Positions 15,971 to 25,416 of a stretch of 64,000 nucleotides of DNA are shown piece after piece. The DNA is from a virus. Every line of letters begins with the position of its first letter. The stretch's first letter is position 1. The notes below the pieces were generated by a model. It was not told the origin of the DNA. It did no database searches and worked only from the letters and a program-made list of their open reading frames with translations. The stretch lies in IMG/VR virus record IMGVR_UViG_3300035492_000075, one strand, 5' to 3'. The position numbers and the translations under genes were made by a program.

Positions 15971-16684
15971 ATGACATGTTCAAGTGGTAAACGTCTAAGC
16001 ACAGGGCGAAAAGTCGGTGTCGTTTCCGTTTATGGTTCAAAGACCCGCGCTCTACAACGAAGAATATCATTTGAGCAATTTGGTCTGACGTTTAAAACCA
16101 TCCAGCTCTTCAAATATCTCGGTAGTAGAGAAAATGATATCCCATCCGACGATGACCTTCAAAGCCCAATTTTCTTTGAGGTTCCAGATCGTGCATATGC
16201 GTGTAACCCGATTGAAGTTCCTGTCGGGATGGAACCAATCCAAGAAAGTAAGATGGACTTCTCCCGCTTCGGGCTTATCGATCCTACTCAGGACGAAGCA
16301 ACATTTCGCATGCATGTCGACGACTTTCAGTTCATCGGAAGAGCACCAATCGTTGGTGATGTGTTCGAGGTTCCATTCTACTCGACTTGTGATGCAAAAG
16401 CCCTGTGGGAGATCACAGATGTCGACCGTCGGGTTGAAGCAGAGAAGTTTTATTGTGTAATCAGCGCAACACCGTTCACTGCGTCTCGTAAGACCCGTGA
16501 GATCGAATCGATCAACAACGAAGATATTCTGGATGAATTTATGAGTGAGATCGACACAGAGGTCTCCGAAGACGTACCAGCAGCTACAGTAGGGTTTGAC
16601 AACGATCCGGTAACACCAGAAGACGTTGACTACCGAAACAAGGATCAGGCTAGCTTCCTAGACGATCCAACGAAGACTTTTTAA
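15971..16684 (+). CDS. hypothetical structural protein (possible neck protein)
   Basis: 237-aa ORF with an AAGGGGA SD, immediately upstream of the gp13-like gene. The neck assignment rests on position only. Confidence 0.55.
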   Translation: MTCSSGKRLSTGRKVGVVSVYGSKTRALQRRISFEQFGLTFKTIQLFKYLGSRENDIPSDDDLQSPIFFEVPDRAYACNPIEVPVGMEPIQESKMDFSRFGLIDPTQDEATFRMHVDDFQFIGRAPIVGDVFEVPFYSTCDAKALWEITDVDRRVEAEKFYCVISATPFTASRKTREIESINNEDILDEFMSEIDTEVSEDVPAATVGFDNDPVTPEDVDYRNKDQASFLDDPTKTF

Positions 16685-16692
16685 GGTGATAT

Positions 16693-17424
16693 ATGAGTGA
16701 AATTTCAGATCAGTTTTATGAAGAGGTAATGCTCCGTCTCGGCGGGTCGATTGTTGACGTCGAGATGACGGAGTGCGACTTCTCGACTGCTTTCCGCGCA
16801 GCCAAGCGAACTTTTAAACAAAAGGGTCATGACAACTATCGTCGGGCGTTTCTTGCACTGGAAGTGAACAAAGCGACTACAACGTACCAGCTACCAACCG
16901 AAGTCGACACTGTCGTGAAGATCATCAAACCGACATATGGCTGGACAGTAGAAGACCCCTTCGCCATGGCAACATATAACGAAGTGTTTGCTTCTGCGTA
17001 TCGTGGTGGGGCTGGTAGCCGTGCAGACTTCCTGTCGTATGAGCTATCGTTGCAACTGGTTGAGATGTGGCAGCGGTACACTGTCTATGATGCGCAGTTC
17101 GATTTCGACGTGTTCAAGAAAGAACTTCGGTTGCTGCGAAAGCCAGAGACAACAACCACATGGATCGTTGAATGCTACACTACGCTGACAGATGACGAGT
17201 ACATGCAGATCGATTGGATCATCCGCATGACAATCGCGCTGTCCAAACAGATTCTCGGTGCAGCATATCGCAAGCTCGGTCAGGTATCAGGCCCAGATGG
17301 CCCCGTTCAACTTCCCGGCTCTGAAATGATTCAGGAAGGCAAGGAAGAAGAGCGTATCCTGATCGAAGAGATCGATATGTACACCGATGGTGCAGCAGAC
17401 TTCAACGAGATTCGTCTCGGCTGA
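16693..17424 (+). CDS. gp13: neck protein (T4 gp13-like)
   Basis: FYEEVMLRLGGSIVDVEMTECDF..AFRAAKRTF parallels the T4 gp13 N-terminus. C-terminal LPGSEMIQEGKEEERILIEEI parallels the gp13 C-terminus. Confidence 0.75.
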   Translation: MSEISDQFYEEVMLRLGGSIVDVEMTECDFSTAFRAAKRTFKQKGHDNYRRAFLALEVNKATTTYQLPTEVDTVVKIIKPTYGWTVEDPFAMATYNEVFASAYRGGAGSRADFLSYELSLQLVEMWQRYTVYDAQFDFDVFKKELRLLRKPETTTTWIVECYTTLTDDEYMQIDWIIRMTIALSKQILGAAYRKLGQVSGPDGPVQLPGSEMIQEGKEEERILIEEIDMYTDGAADFNEIRLG

Positions 17425-17796
17425 TCACCTTGAGAGGCGGCGGGTCCACCTGCCGCCTACTACTGTTCTACAACCAGTTGTATCCCGATTGTAGAGGTAA
17501 ACCCAGATTGGTTCTCCTGTAGAGTAATCAATCGCTCTAATGTACATCGACTTCTCTGGGTCAAACACATTGTACCCCTCCAGTGCATCCATCCGCTCAA
17601 GCGTCTTCTCGTCGACATCATAAATCTCAACATCGATAGTACACTCCATGACGCATGTTCGTTTCACACCCGGAAACCAGCACAAGTCGATCATTTCGTA
17701 CCCGCGCAGTGTTGCTGTTCGGACGAACACGGAGTTTTCGAGAATGTGGTTGTTTGAGAAGCCACGCTTCAATGTGCCATAAACTGCTACCTTCAT
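17425..17796 (-). CDS. gamma-glutamylcyclotransferase (AIG2/GGACT-like)
   Basis: MKVAVYGTLKRGFSNNHIL...RGYEM...VEIYDVDEKTLERMDALEGY fits the family pattern. Confidence 0.75.
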   Translation of the reverse strand: MKVAVYGTLKRGFSNNHILENSVFVRTATLRGYEMIDLCWFPGVKRTCVMECTIDVEIYDVDEKTLERMDALEGYNVFDPEKSMYIRAIDYSTGEPIWVYLYNRDTTGCRTVVGGRWTRRLSR

Positions 17797-18284
17797 TTGA
17801 ATCTATTCCTCCAGTTTCTTTCGACATAGTCGCGGTAATAATCAGCCGCTTCCGCCTTTGATATGCGACCGTTCTCGTCTGGGCTACCAACTGGAACGAT
17901 GGAGCGACCTGCCCTGAGACTTAACATCATTATCAGACGTTCATTGAGCTCACACCACGTGATAAATCTTACTGCCGTCAGAACGAGATTCAATACTCGG
18001 TCGTTTGTTTGAAACTCACTTTCCATAGTAGACATTAGCACCATAATCCGTAGTTGACACGCGTAGACGTTAAGTGGGATTCTGAAGATGTGAGAATACG
18101 CGTAAAACAACGCATCTGTTCGCATCTGTTCGCATGGGTTAACCACCTCACGTGTTGAGTAATATTCGTCTACTACTGCGTCAACTGTGTCTAGATGGGC
18201 TTTATTTTTTACTCCCACCACGGTGTGCTTATATGATGGTGATAAAATACTGTATTCGCCAGTCAGTTCTGTGATCTTCCCCAT
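17793..18284 (-). CDS. hypothetical protein
   Basis: ATG 18284 has a GGAGA SD just downstream of the terminator. The listed 18353 start is a TTG upstream of the hairpin. Confidence 0.6.
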   Translation of the reverse strand: MGKITELTGEYSILSPSYKHTVVGVKNKAHLDTVDAVVDEYYSTREVVNPCEQMRTDALFYAYSHIFRIPLNVYACQLRIMVLMSTMESEFQTNDRVLNLVLTAVRFITWCELNERLIMMLSLRAGRSIVPVGSPDENGRISKAEAADYYRDYVERNWRNRFK

Positions 18285-18296
18285 ACTATTCTCCGT

Positions 18297-18325
18297 GAAA
18301 ACAAAGCCCCAATGAAGGGGCTTTG
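18297..18325 (-). terminator. rho-independent terminator
   Basis: CAAAGCCCC-TTCATT-GGGGCTTTG followed by TTTT on the minus strand. Confidence 0.6.
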
Positions 18326-18349
18326 CTCGGGGTGCGCTAACCAGACGGA

Positions 18350-18742
18350 TCAACCGTTAGCGAGTGCTTTCAGCTCTTCGTCGGACTTTTCACCGAGTGC
18401 GGCAACCTGACGGTCAGCCAGAATCTTGGCAGCAGCCTCTTTCATGGCGGCATTTTGAGCAGCAGTAGCAGCCTTAGAGGCTTCTGCATCTGCTTTATCC
18501 AGACGGTACTGGATAACCGCTTTGACCAGCTCGAATTGCAGGTTCAGCATCTTCAGCTTCGGATTCGAACGCTTGATGAAGCTTTCTTCTTGACCTTCGT
18601 TGATCTCACGACGCAAACCCTTCGCCAGTGTATCCAACTTGGTCAACGGAAGATCGTACAGACTCTCCACGGCGACTACGGCGTTGCCGACAGAGAAGCG
18701 AACCTTCTCACGAGCTGCCAGTTCAAAAATATTCTCACTCAT
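18350..18742 (-). CDS. hypothetical protein (Ala/Lys-rich helical)
   Basis: 130-aa ORF with a GAGGAAAGAAGG SD. Confidence 0.65.
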   Translation of the reverse strand: MSENIFELAAREKVRFSVGNAVVAVESLYDLPLTKLDTLAKGLRREINEGQEESFIKRSNPKLKMLNLQFELVKAVIQYRLDKADAEASKAATAAQNAAMKEAAAKILADRQVAALGEKSDEELKALANG

Positions 18743-18770
18743 CCTTCTTTCCTCTTTCGATTGTGTTGTG

Positions 18771-20789
18771 TTACAGCGAAACTTCGATGAATCGTGCGTA
18801 GCTTCCGGTTACCTTGAAGACGAGAGTCTCGCGCTTCGAGGTAGAGAAACCGATACCGCTCAACTGTTCTTCATTGTACTGCACCTTGGACTGGGATGCA
18901 AGAACCTCAAACACTTTTCGATGCGGGTTCAGCTCACCCTTCAGGTATTCGTTGTACAGGCCAGTCACTTCGTCTGGGTTCTTGCAGCCTTTCAGGATGA
19001 AGAACAGGTGCTTGTTACCAACCTCGTTCTCGCCCCAGTGGTTCGGGGAATTCATGATCATCGACACGTCAACGAACTGATTGGTTTTTAGACCCCATAC
19101 ATCGATAGACGTGCCAGAACGCGACGAGGTCGGTTTCAGAATGTCGACGATGCGAGCAGTCTGTTTCTCTACTACGATCTTACAGATATCGACGCTACCA
19201 CCACTGCGAACACCGTTCGGGATGTGATACGAGCGCAGTTCACCCAGTACCTCAACTTCGATGTCGATACCGTCCGGGCACTCTTCCATCCAACGATAGT
19301 TCTTGACTACGAATGTGTACTCACCGGAACGCAGTTTGCCGATCTTGTCGACGGCGATGTTCTCGCACGGGTGTTCCATGTTCCGACCACCACCACCACA
19401 GTTCGCGTCAACATCCAGAGCGATACCACGGGCACGTGACTGGCGGTTACCGTAGTACACATGCTCGTTCATACCGTAAAAGTGTAAGTCGAAGTCGGTA
19501 GCGTTATCCCAGCTAATGGAAGCGCGAATCTCACCATCAACCTTACCACCAGCCTTCTTAACACGTTCTTTCAGCGAGTCAGTCACGCCACCGTTGTACG
19601 CCCAACCGAACGGATTGCTCCATTTCAGGATGTTCGGTGCATCGTTGTAGACCGGCGCTGTCAGGCTCATCAGGTTGTTCGTGAATTTACCATCGAACAG
19701 AACCTCGATCTTCTTGGCAGACGGTACGACGTTCTTCAGGAACTGATCGATACCCATCTTTTCCATCTTCTTGTTCTGAACGTCGGTGTCGCTCTTGACG
19801 TGTTTGGTATCCAGCAGCGAATCGAACACATTGTCAGAGCCCAGCGACCCAACTGCACCATCGGCGTTGTAGTAGAGCAGGTCATTTATGTTGATGTCGC
19901 GCTCAGTCGCATGACGACGGAACAACGAACGCTCGCAACCCAGTTCTTCTACCTTCTTCTTGGCGAGTTTGATCTGAGTCGGGCTCACCTTGGAAGAAGA
20001 GCGATGGTAGTTGCTCGGATCGACCTTGACTTCATACGCACCTACTGCGTCTGTGATGTCCTTACCATCTACCAGATCGTTCAGTAGCGAGCCGATCACC
20101 GTACCACGGATACGGGCGTATGCGCAGTTACCATCGGCGACCAGTTTCCATGTAGCCAGCTCACGTTGGCGATCACTCCACTTCTCAGCCAGAACGGCAA
20201 CCTCAAGGAACGCTTGAACCATCCATCGATGTTCCTGACCACGCTCCAACCCACCATCGATCAGTTCCAGAACAGTCTGAAGAACTTCGATGCTGTAGTC
20301 TGTCAGTGCGCGGTTCAACATTTCGTGATCGGTGCGAACCTTCGACAGCGCGGTGCTTGTCCGTGGGGTTGAAACGAAGCCAGCCGGAACACGAGTGTAG
20401 AAATGGCTTTGATTCAGTGGGCTCAGCATCAGGCTACCATATGCAGCCATCTCTGCACGGAACAACCCAGCGATGCTGTCGTTCTTGACCAGATCGTTCA
20501 GTGCGTCAGCAACGACTTGGTACTCATCATCCAGCTTGACATCCCAGATAGAGTTCAGTACGCCATTCTTGATGACGACGACGTTACCGATGTTGGTGAT
20601 GAAGCTCTTGCAGCAGTTACAATCATGCTCTGTGCGTTCTTTCATCATCGGGTTGGTGCCAGCAGGGAAAGAACCAATGTAGGTTTCCCAGAGCTGTGCT
20701 TTGGTTGTCTTGGTTTGGAACAGTGCGCCGCTCTGAGTCAGCAGTTCAAAACGATCTTGCACTGTTTTTGCGAATGCATTGAAATCCAT
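18771..20789 (-). CDS. large conserved hypothetical protein (672 aa)
   Basis: ATG 20789 follows an AAGGTG SD. N-terminal FPAGTNPMMKERTEHDCNCCKSFI cluster. A central-to-C-terminal segment DFDLHFYG...GIALDVDAN...HPCENI resembles DUF2135-type modules. Confidence 0.8.
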   Translation of the reverse strand: MDFNAFAKTVQDRFELLTQSGALFQTKTTKAQLWETYIGSFPAGTNPMMKERTEHDCNCCKSFITNIGNVVVIKNGVLNSIWDVKLDDEYQVVADALNDLVKNDSIAGLFRAEMAAYGSLMLSPLNQSHFYTRVPAGFVSTPRTSTALSKVRTDHEMLNRALTDYSIEVLQTVLELIDGGLERGQEHRWMVQAFLEVAVLAEKWSDRQRELATWKLVADGNCAYARIRGTVIGSLLNDLVDGKDITDAVGAYEVKVDPSNYHRSSSKVSPTQIKLAKKKVEELGCERSLFRRHATERDININDLLYYNADGAVGSLGSDNVFDSLLDTKHVKSDTDVQNKKMEKMGIDQFLKNVVPSAKKIEVLFDGKFTNNLMSLTAPVYNDAPNILKWSNPFGWAYNGGVTDSLKERVKKAGGKVDGEIRASISWDNATDFDLHFYGMNEHVYYGNRQSRARGIALDVDANCGGGGRNMEHPCENIAVDKIGKLRSGEYTFVVKNYRWMEECPDGIDIEVEVLGELRSYHIPNGVRSGGSVDICKIVVEKQTARIVDILKPTSSRSGTSIDVWGLKTNQFVDVSMIMNSPNHWGENEVGNKHLFFILKGCKNPDEVTGLYNEYLKGELNPHRKVFEVLASQSKVQYNEEQLSGIGFSTSKRETLVFKVTGSYARFIEVSL

Positions 20790-20882
20790 CTTTTTCACCT
20801 TGTGTGGGTTTGTTGATGGGGTGATTCTATCAAACCATTAGAGAAACACCAATAGTATTTTTCTATAAGAACACAATAGACA

Positions 20883-20908
20883 CAAAAAAGCCCGCACTAG
20901 GCGGGCTT
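20883..20908 (-). terminator. rho-independent terminator after the gp32-like gene
   Basis: AGCCCGC-CTAGT-GCGGGCT followed by TTTTTT on the minus strand. Confidence 0.7.
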
Positions 20909-20914
20909 GTTCTG

Positions 20915-21913
20915 TTACCGAAGACCACTCAGGCGGTCGCGGAGGGAACCACCAGTTTTGGCCGGAGCTTTACGCTCCTTCTCTTCCGGTTCATCTTCCT
21001 GTTCAGGCTCAGGATCAGATTTGCGAGAACGCCGTGGAGGTTCTTGTTCTTCCTCTTCCTCTTCGTCACGGCTGCGACGAGTACGGCTTGGGCGATCTGC
21101 TTCCTCTTCCTCCTCATCGCGAGAGCGACGGGTGTTGCGAGGTTGACGCGTGGGTTCATCATCGTCATCATCGTCATCACCAGCTTGGTTCAACTTCTTG
21201 GCAAGAGCGAGTACCCACTCTTCCAGCTCTTCTTCAGTAGAAACCGGCGTGATAAGATCAAGAGTCTCATAGTCATACTGCTCGACGACGCGATCCTCGA
21301 AGTACTCAAGATCATCATCACTGACAACCTTACGAGAGAAGTAAGAGTCCTCATACGAGGCATAACCACCCTTGTTTTTGGTTTTCTTGATAACGAACGG
21401 AGTCTGGAACAGCATTTCCTCGTCGATCTCACCCTCGACAATCGCGTTTTTGATCTGTGCTTCTACCGCGTACGGCACAAAGAACAACTTCATCTCGTTT
21501 TTGTCAGGGCAAACAGGGATTTCGAACGGTGCATCGAGAACCAGACAGCTCATAACAGTGCGGTCTTTACCCCACCAATTCTTTGCTTCATCCTTGTATG
21601 ATTTGTCACCGGTTTCTTTGAACTTATCGTTCAGCTTGAAACCTTGTTGGCAGGCTGGGCAGTCGCCACCAGTAGCTTCATGCAGACAACGGATGGCTTT
21701 GATACCACGGGCACCCTTTGGTGCGTTGTGGGTTCTCCACTTCGCCCACAGTTCACCGTTGATGTCTGGCATGAACAGGATGGTCATCTTCTCGTTGTCT
21801 TTCAGGTCGAAGTAGTTCAGGACACGGGGATCGTCCTTACGACCTTGAGTGGTTTCTTCGATGGTCTTTTTCAGATCAGTTTTCAGTTTCAGTTTCAGGT
21901 TTTTCAGTGCCAT
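20915..21913 (-). CDS. gp32: single-stranded DNA-binding protein (T4 gp32-like) with repetitive charged tail
   Basis: Zn-site-like H...C...CPAC (RTHNAPKGARGIKAIRCLHEATGGDCPACQ), OB-core-like region, DDDDDDDE and RRSRDEEEEE repeats at the C-terminus. Confidence 0.85.
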   Translation of the reverse strand: MALKNLKLKLKTDLKKTIEETTQGRKDDPRVLNYFDLKDNEKMTILFMPDINGELWAKWRTHNAPKGARGIKAIRCLHEATGGDCPACQQGFKLNDKFKETGDKSYKDEAKNWWGKDRTVMSCLVLDAPFEIPVCPDKNEMKLFFVPYAVEAQIKNAIVEGEIDEEMLFQTPFVIKKTKNKGGYASYEDSYFSRKVVSDDDLEYFEDRVVEQYDYETLDLITPVSTEEELEEWVLALAKKLNQAGDDDDDDDEPTRQPRNTRRSRDEEEEEADRPSRTRRSRDEEEEEEQEPPRRSRKSDPEPEQEDEPEEKERKAPAKTGGSLRDRLSGLR

Positions 21914-21928
21914 TTTGGTAGTTTCCTC

Positions 21929-21937
21929 AGTATTTCA
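21929..21937 (-). promoter_or_regulatory. late/middle-type promoter-like motif TGAAATACT
   Basis: 16 nt upstream of the gp32-like ATG; shares the AAATACT core with other upstream regions. Confidence 0.3.
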
Positions 21938-21976
21938 ATTATCAATTATCGCGGTAGTTTCATTCACAGTAAAACA

Positions 21977-22699
21977 TTATTTACTAGGAATGACAAGCAC
22001 GTTCACCATGCCAATGTTGAACACAGCGATTTTGTGCTCAGTCACAGCAAATACAGCATTCCCGCCATTTGCTGCTTTGGATTCCTTCATCACAAGCTGG
22101 AACGACGGAACGTCCCAAGACGATGTGAAGTTTGCGAGGTCTTCAGCCCCATCGATCACGAGCTCATCAGTGAAGCTATCGTCTTCGCCGTCGAAGATCG
22201 TGGTGGTTAGAATACCATCCTTCAATGTGAGAGAGATAGTGCGATCTGCTTTTGAGCCAGTCATTGCCATCGCAGCGATTGCTGTTGTGATGTTTGCAAC
22301 ATATTCACCGGGGAGAACGATTTTCTCATCCAGACCAATGTTACTTGGTACACGCTTAGGGATAGTCAGCCGGGTAGGGTCGGCACAACGGAATGATGCA
22401 CTACGACGGCCTTGTTTCAATGTCAAGTCGGTGATGAACTTCCCATCAGCACCACTACTACTGACGGTTGCCTTTGTCACGTCGAACAAGTCGATACGAG
22501 CAAGGAGACCACGGACAGTCTGAATGCCAACCGGTGCGTCAAAGAATTCACCATCGATTTCGTGGAAAACCACAACGTTACTCTTACTTGCACCACGAAC
22601 GAGGGTCATTCCCTCGTTCTCTGGCGATGTTTCGATTGCTGCTTCTTCGATCCCGACCGATGCGAGCGTATTCAGCAGCTTCTGTAGTTCAGTTAGCAT
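21977..22699 (-). CDS. gp45: sliding clamp (T4 gp45-like)
   Basis: ATG 22699 follows an AAGGAGGA SD. 240 aa with two-domain-like repeat architecture. FRCADPTRLTIPKRVP parallels the gp45 FWPAADPSTVVAPNKP block. Confidence 0.7.
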   Translation of the reverse strand: MLTELQKLLNTLASVGIEEAAIETSPENEGMTLVRGASKSNVVVFHEIDGEFFDAPVGIQTVRGLLARIDLFDVTKATVSSSGADGKFITDLTLKQGRRSASFRCADPTRLTIPKRVPSNIGLDEKIVLPGEYVANITTAIAAMAMTGSKADRTISLTLKDGILTTTIFDGEDDSFTDELVIDGAEDLANFTSSWDVPSFQLVMKESKAANGGNAVFAVTEHKIAVFNIGMVNVLVIPSK

Positions 22700-23085
22700 G
22701 TTTCCTCCTTTTTGGAAATGTAGACCCAAGTGTAGGGCATTTCGTACAGCAACTCAAGTACTTTCGAAGGAATCACAAGAATCTTCTTATGGATAGCACG
22801 GTAGTTGCCAATGGTGTATTCGTTATCACCACTTTCGTGGCGGATGATAGGGAAGAAGTAACCTTCCAGTTCATCAGCCAGCGCGTCAGTAGCAATTGCG
22901 CTGATTTTGTTCTGATCGTCGAACAAATCGATGTAGAAAATTTTTTTATACGTCCCGGTTACCTCACCAAAGAGGATGTCTTCACCGGAAATCGCTGGTT
23001 TGGGGATAGACCCAATTGGTTGCTCATGAAGCAACGCCATGAGCCGCCCCCAGAGTACGTGTAGTAGATTAGTCGCTGTTGTCAT
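22693..23085 (-). CDS. hypothetical protein
   Basis: 130-aa ORF with an ATGA overlap with the helicase stop. Confidence 0.6.
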   Translation of the reverse strand: MTTATNLLHVLWGRLMALLHEQPIGSIPKPAISGEDILFGEVTGTYKKIFYIDLFDDQNKISAIATDALADELEGYFFPIIRHESGDNEYTIGNYRAIHKKILVIPSKVLELLYEMPYTWVYISKKEETC

Positions 23086-24455
23086 TTTTTCTTTCCTCGT
23101 GTTTGGCCGGTGCGTAGTGCCATATCCAATTTCTTCTTAGCGGACATGGTGTCTTCTCCCTCTGGCTCTGATGCTTTTTTCCCTCCCAGTTTCAGACCAG
23201 CAGGCGGTTTAGCAGTAGTCCCGTTATTCGGCTTATCAGAGATACGCAACGTGTGCGGACAACGATAGAGTATACGATTCTTCGTAGTCTTTCCACCGTT
23301 TCGAATCTTCATCTGAACAGCCTGAACTTGGTTGTTGTCGATGTCCTCGTCCGTAGCAACGAGACCAACGCCCCAGTCCGCTGCGTTGATAACACTGATA
23401 CCACCTGCAATGTGGTGTGGTGAGAGATTCACGACGTCATACCCATCTCGGTTAATCTGACCGGCAGAGAAGCCGTACATGTTGTACTCGTCAAGAATGT
23501 CTTTTAGACCAAACACCTTGCGCTCATCCTCATCGAATTTGTTCATGTCGCGACGCATACCAGAAGAATCAGCACCCATCAGTCCGAGGTAGTCAACTAT
23601 CAGGTAATCTGGTGCTTTACCATACAGGAGGATGTACTCCATCACAACACTACGAATCATACTCGGTGTTGTACCAAAGCGCATCTTTTTAGTCAGGATT
23701 CGACCATACCCCTTCTCGCTTCTCAGAACACTCAGACTTTGAGCAATCTCGGATGCGAGTAGTTTGTGCTTACTGATGTCGTGCCCTGTCAGGATCGCAT
23801 CAAAGCGCTTGGAGTAAAGCTCTTCCCGTAGCTCAAGACTGATGACGATTCCATCGTACCCACGCTTAGAAAATCGCTCAGCGACGTTGGCGAGCATAAC
23901 AGACTTGCCACCGGCAGTTGCAGAGAAAAACAAACCCAGCTCAGCACGACGGACCTTGTTTACGAGCTCATCAATCGCATCGATACCGATACTGATCTCT
24001 TCTACGCCTTCGTCCATATTCTCGATGCGCAGTTGTGGGTCGACAAACAAATCGGTGCCGATGGTACTATCGAGTTTGATGAGAAGTGCCTCGCGCACTC
24101 GTTCGGAGATTCCATGCATGTTGCGGTCTTTCAGAAGCTCAACAGAGTCAATGATTGCCGCTTCCATCGCAGAGTCCTGACACAGCGCCTCGATCTCGTC
24201 AAGTAAATACTGCTCATCCCCCGGTTCAAGCTCACGGTTCTTCAGCTTAACACCCAACTCAGCATCAATCACGTCCATCGCTGGGATGCTATGATATTGT
24301 TCAAAATGATCGAGAACAAAATCCACCACCTCATCGAGCGGAGGTTCAAAGTACGACCCTTTAAGAATCCTAAAACACCGTATGAACGATGGTCTGTGTG
24401 TTAACAGAGTCTCCAACAAGAGCTTCTGTTTTTTATTGATTACGTCGGTAGCCAT
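23082..24455 (-). CDS. gp41: replicative DNA helicase (DnaB/T4 gp41-like)
   Basis: Walker A FSATAGGKS, IVDYLGLM and SAGQINRDG motifs. ATG 24455 follows an AAGGAG SD. Confidence 0.9.
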   Translation of the reverse strand: MATDVINKKQKLLLETLLTHRPSFIRCFRILKGSYFEPPLDEVVDFVLDHFEQYHSIPAMDVIDAELGVKLKNRELEPGDEQYLLDEIEALCQDSAMEAAIIDSVELLKDRNMHGISERVREALLIKLDSTIGTDLFVDPQLRIENMDEGVEEISIGIDAIDELVNKVRRAELGLFFSATAGGKSVMLANVAERFSKRGYDGIVISLELREELYSKRFDAILTGHDISKHKLLASEIAQSLSVLRSEKGYGRILTKKMRFGTTPSMIRSVVMEYILLYGKAPDYLIVDYLGLMGADSSGMRRDMNKFDEDERKVFGLKDILDEYNMYGFSAGQINRDGYDVVNLSPHHIAGGISVINAADWGVGLVATDEDIDNNQVQAVQMKIRNGGKTTKNRILYRCPHTLRISDKPNNGTTAKPPAGLKLGGKKASEPEGEDTMSAKKKLDMALRTGQTRGKKK

Positions 24456-24456
24456 T

Positions 24457-25401
24457 TTACTCCTTTTCCGCCCATAGATTATACCGCACCCTCCCCTCAA
24501 GGTGGTTGCTCGTTGTGTTTTCACTGATCATTTGCATGGCAGCAACTTTGCCATACTTCACAACCGCCTCGTTGAGGTCTTTACAGTCCCATGGTGGGAT
24601 ACAGAGTTCCCATCCATAGCTCGCGAACTGGTCAACGAACTTACATTTACCAGATCGGTCTGGAAGCATTATAACACGTTTCCCTTTCAGAAAAAATGCT
24701 TGCTCCTTCGAAACTTTGTCACCGAGGCACCCAACCGCAAACGGTAGGCTCCGTGCATCGACCGTCCCCTCAACAACGATAGCAATATCCCTTACCCGTC
24801 TCTCGGGCATGTACAGGACATGTGTGTTTCCGTCATAAATGGACACATACTTTCGTTTGGCGACGACATGAAACCCGATCAATCTGCTGCCAGAATACAT
24901 CGCAATCGCAAACAACCCGGCATACTGCCCACGCTCTATAACAAAAATATCATTCGTCCCGACACAGCGTCGTTCAGACCACTCAACAACCCGTTGTTTT
25001 AAATCATCATCTCTGCTTTCCTCGAACGGTATAAACCCTTCGGGAACCTTAATGGCGTGATAACCATGCTTAGTGTATAGGTGCGAGTCTTGGTCTTCCA
25101 TCAACGCCATGAGACCGCTTTTCTTCTTGACTGTCAGAAGATCGATGGGGATTTTTATGTTCATGGTCTGCATCAGGTGTTTGAAGCGCTTCGACGTGTA
25201 TTCACCTAGCTTCATTCCACATGTTGCATCACATTTCCCACGGAAACAGTTGTACCTGATCTCGTCTTCAGTAAAGAAGAAACCACCAGTGCGTGTGCGC
25301 TTCTCACCACAAACAGGACAAAAACAACTATACCACCCGGTGTTCTCCTGTCGATCCAGATGCAGTTGGATGTTTGATTTAAGCGTATCGAAACTATTCA
25401 T
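24457..25401 (-). CDS. gp61: DNA primase (T4 gp61-like, Zn finger + TOPRIM)
   Basis: CFCPVCGEKR...CFRGKC zinc ribbon and VVEGTVDARSL TOPRIM motif. Confidence 0.85.
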   Translation of the reverse strand: MNSFDTLKSNIQLHLDRQENTGWYSCFCPVCGEKRTRTGGFFFTEDEIRYNCFRGKCDATCGMKLGEYTSKRFKHLMQTMNIKIPIDLLTVKKKSGLMALMEDQDSHLYTKHGYHAIKVPEGFIPFEESRDDDLKQRVVEWSERRCVGTNDIFVIERGQYAGLFAIAMYSGSRLIGFHVVAKRKYVSIYDGNTHVLYMPERRVRDIAIVVEGTVDARSLPFAVGCLGDKVSKEQAFFLKGKRVIMLPDRSGKCKFVDQFASYGWELCIPPWDCKDLNEAVVKYGKVAAMQMISENTTSNHLEGRVRYNLWAEKE

Positions 25402-25416
25402 GGTTGGATTATACCG

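Noticed and set aside
20907-21146. 79-aa plus-strand Ser/Arg-rich ORF, and other long plus-strand ORFs at 21044-22523
   Set aside because: They are antisense shadows of the gp32-like charged-repeat tail and of the gp32/gp45-like genes. Their composition is low-complexity or hydrophobic, and they have no start context.
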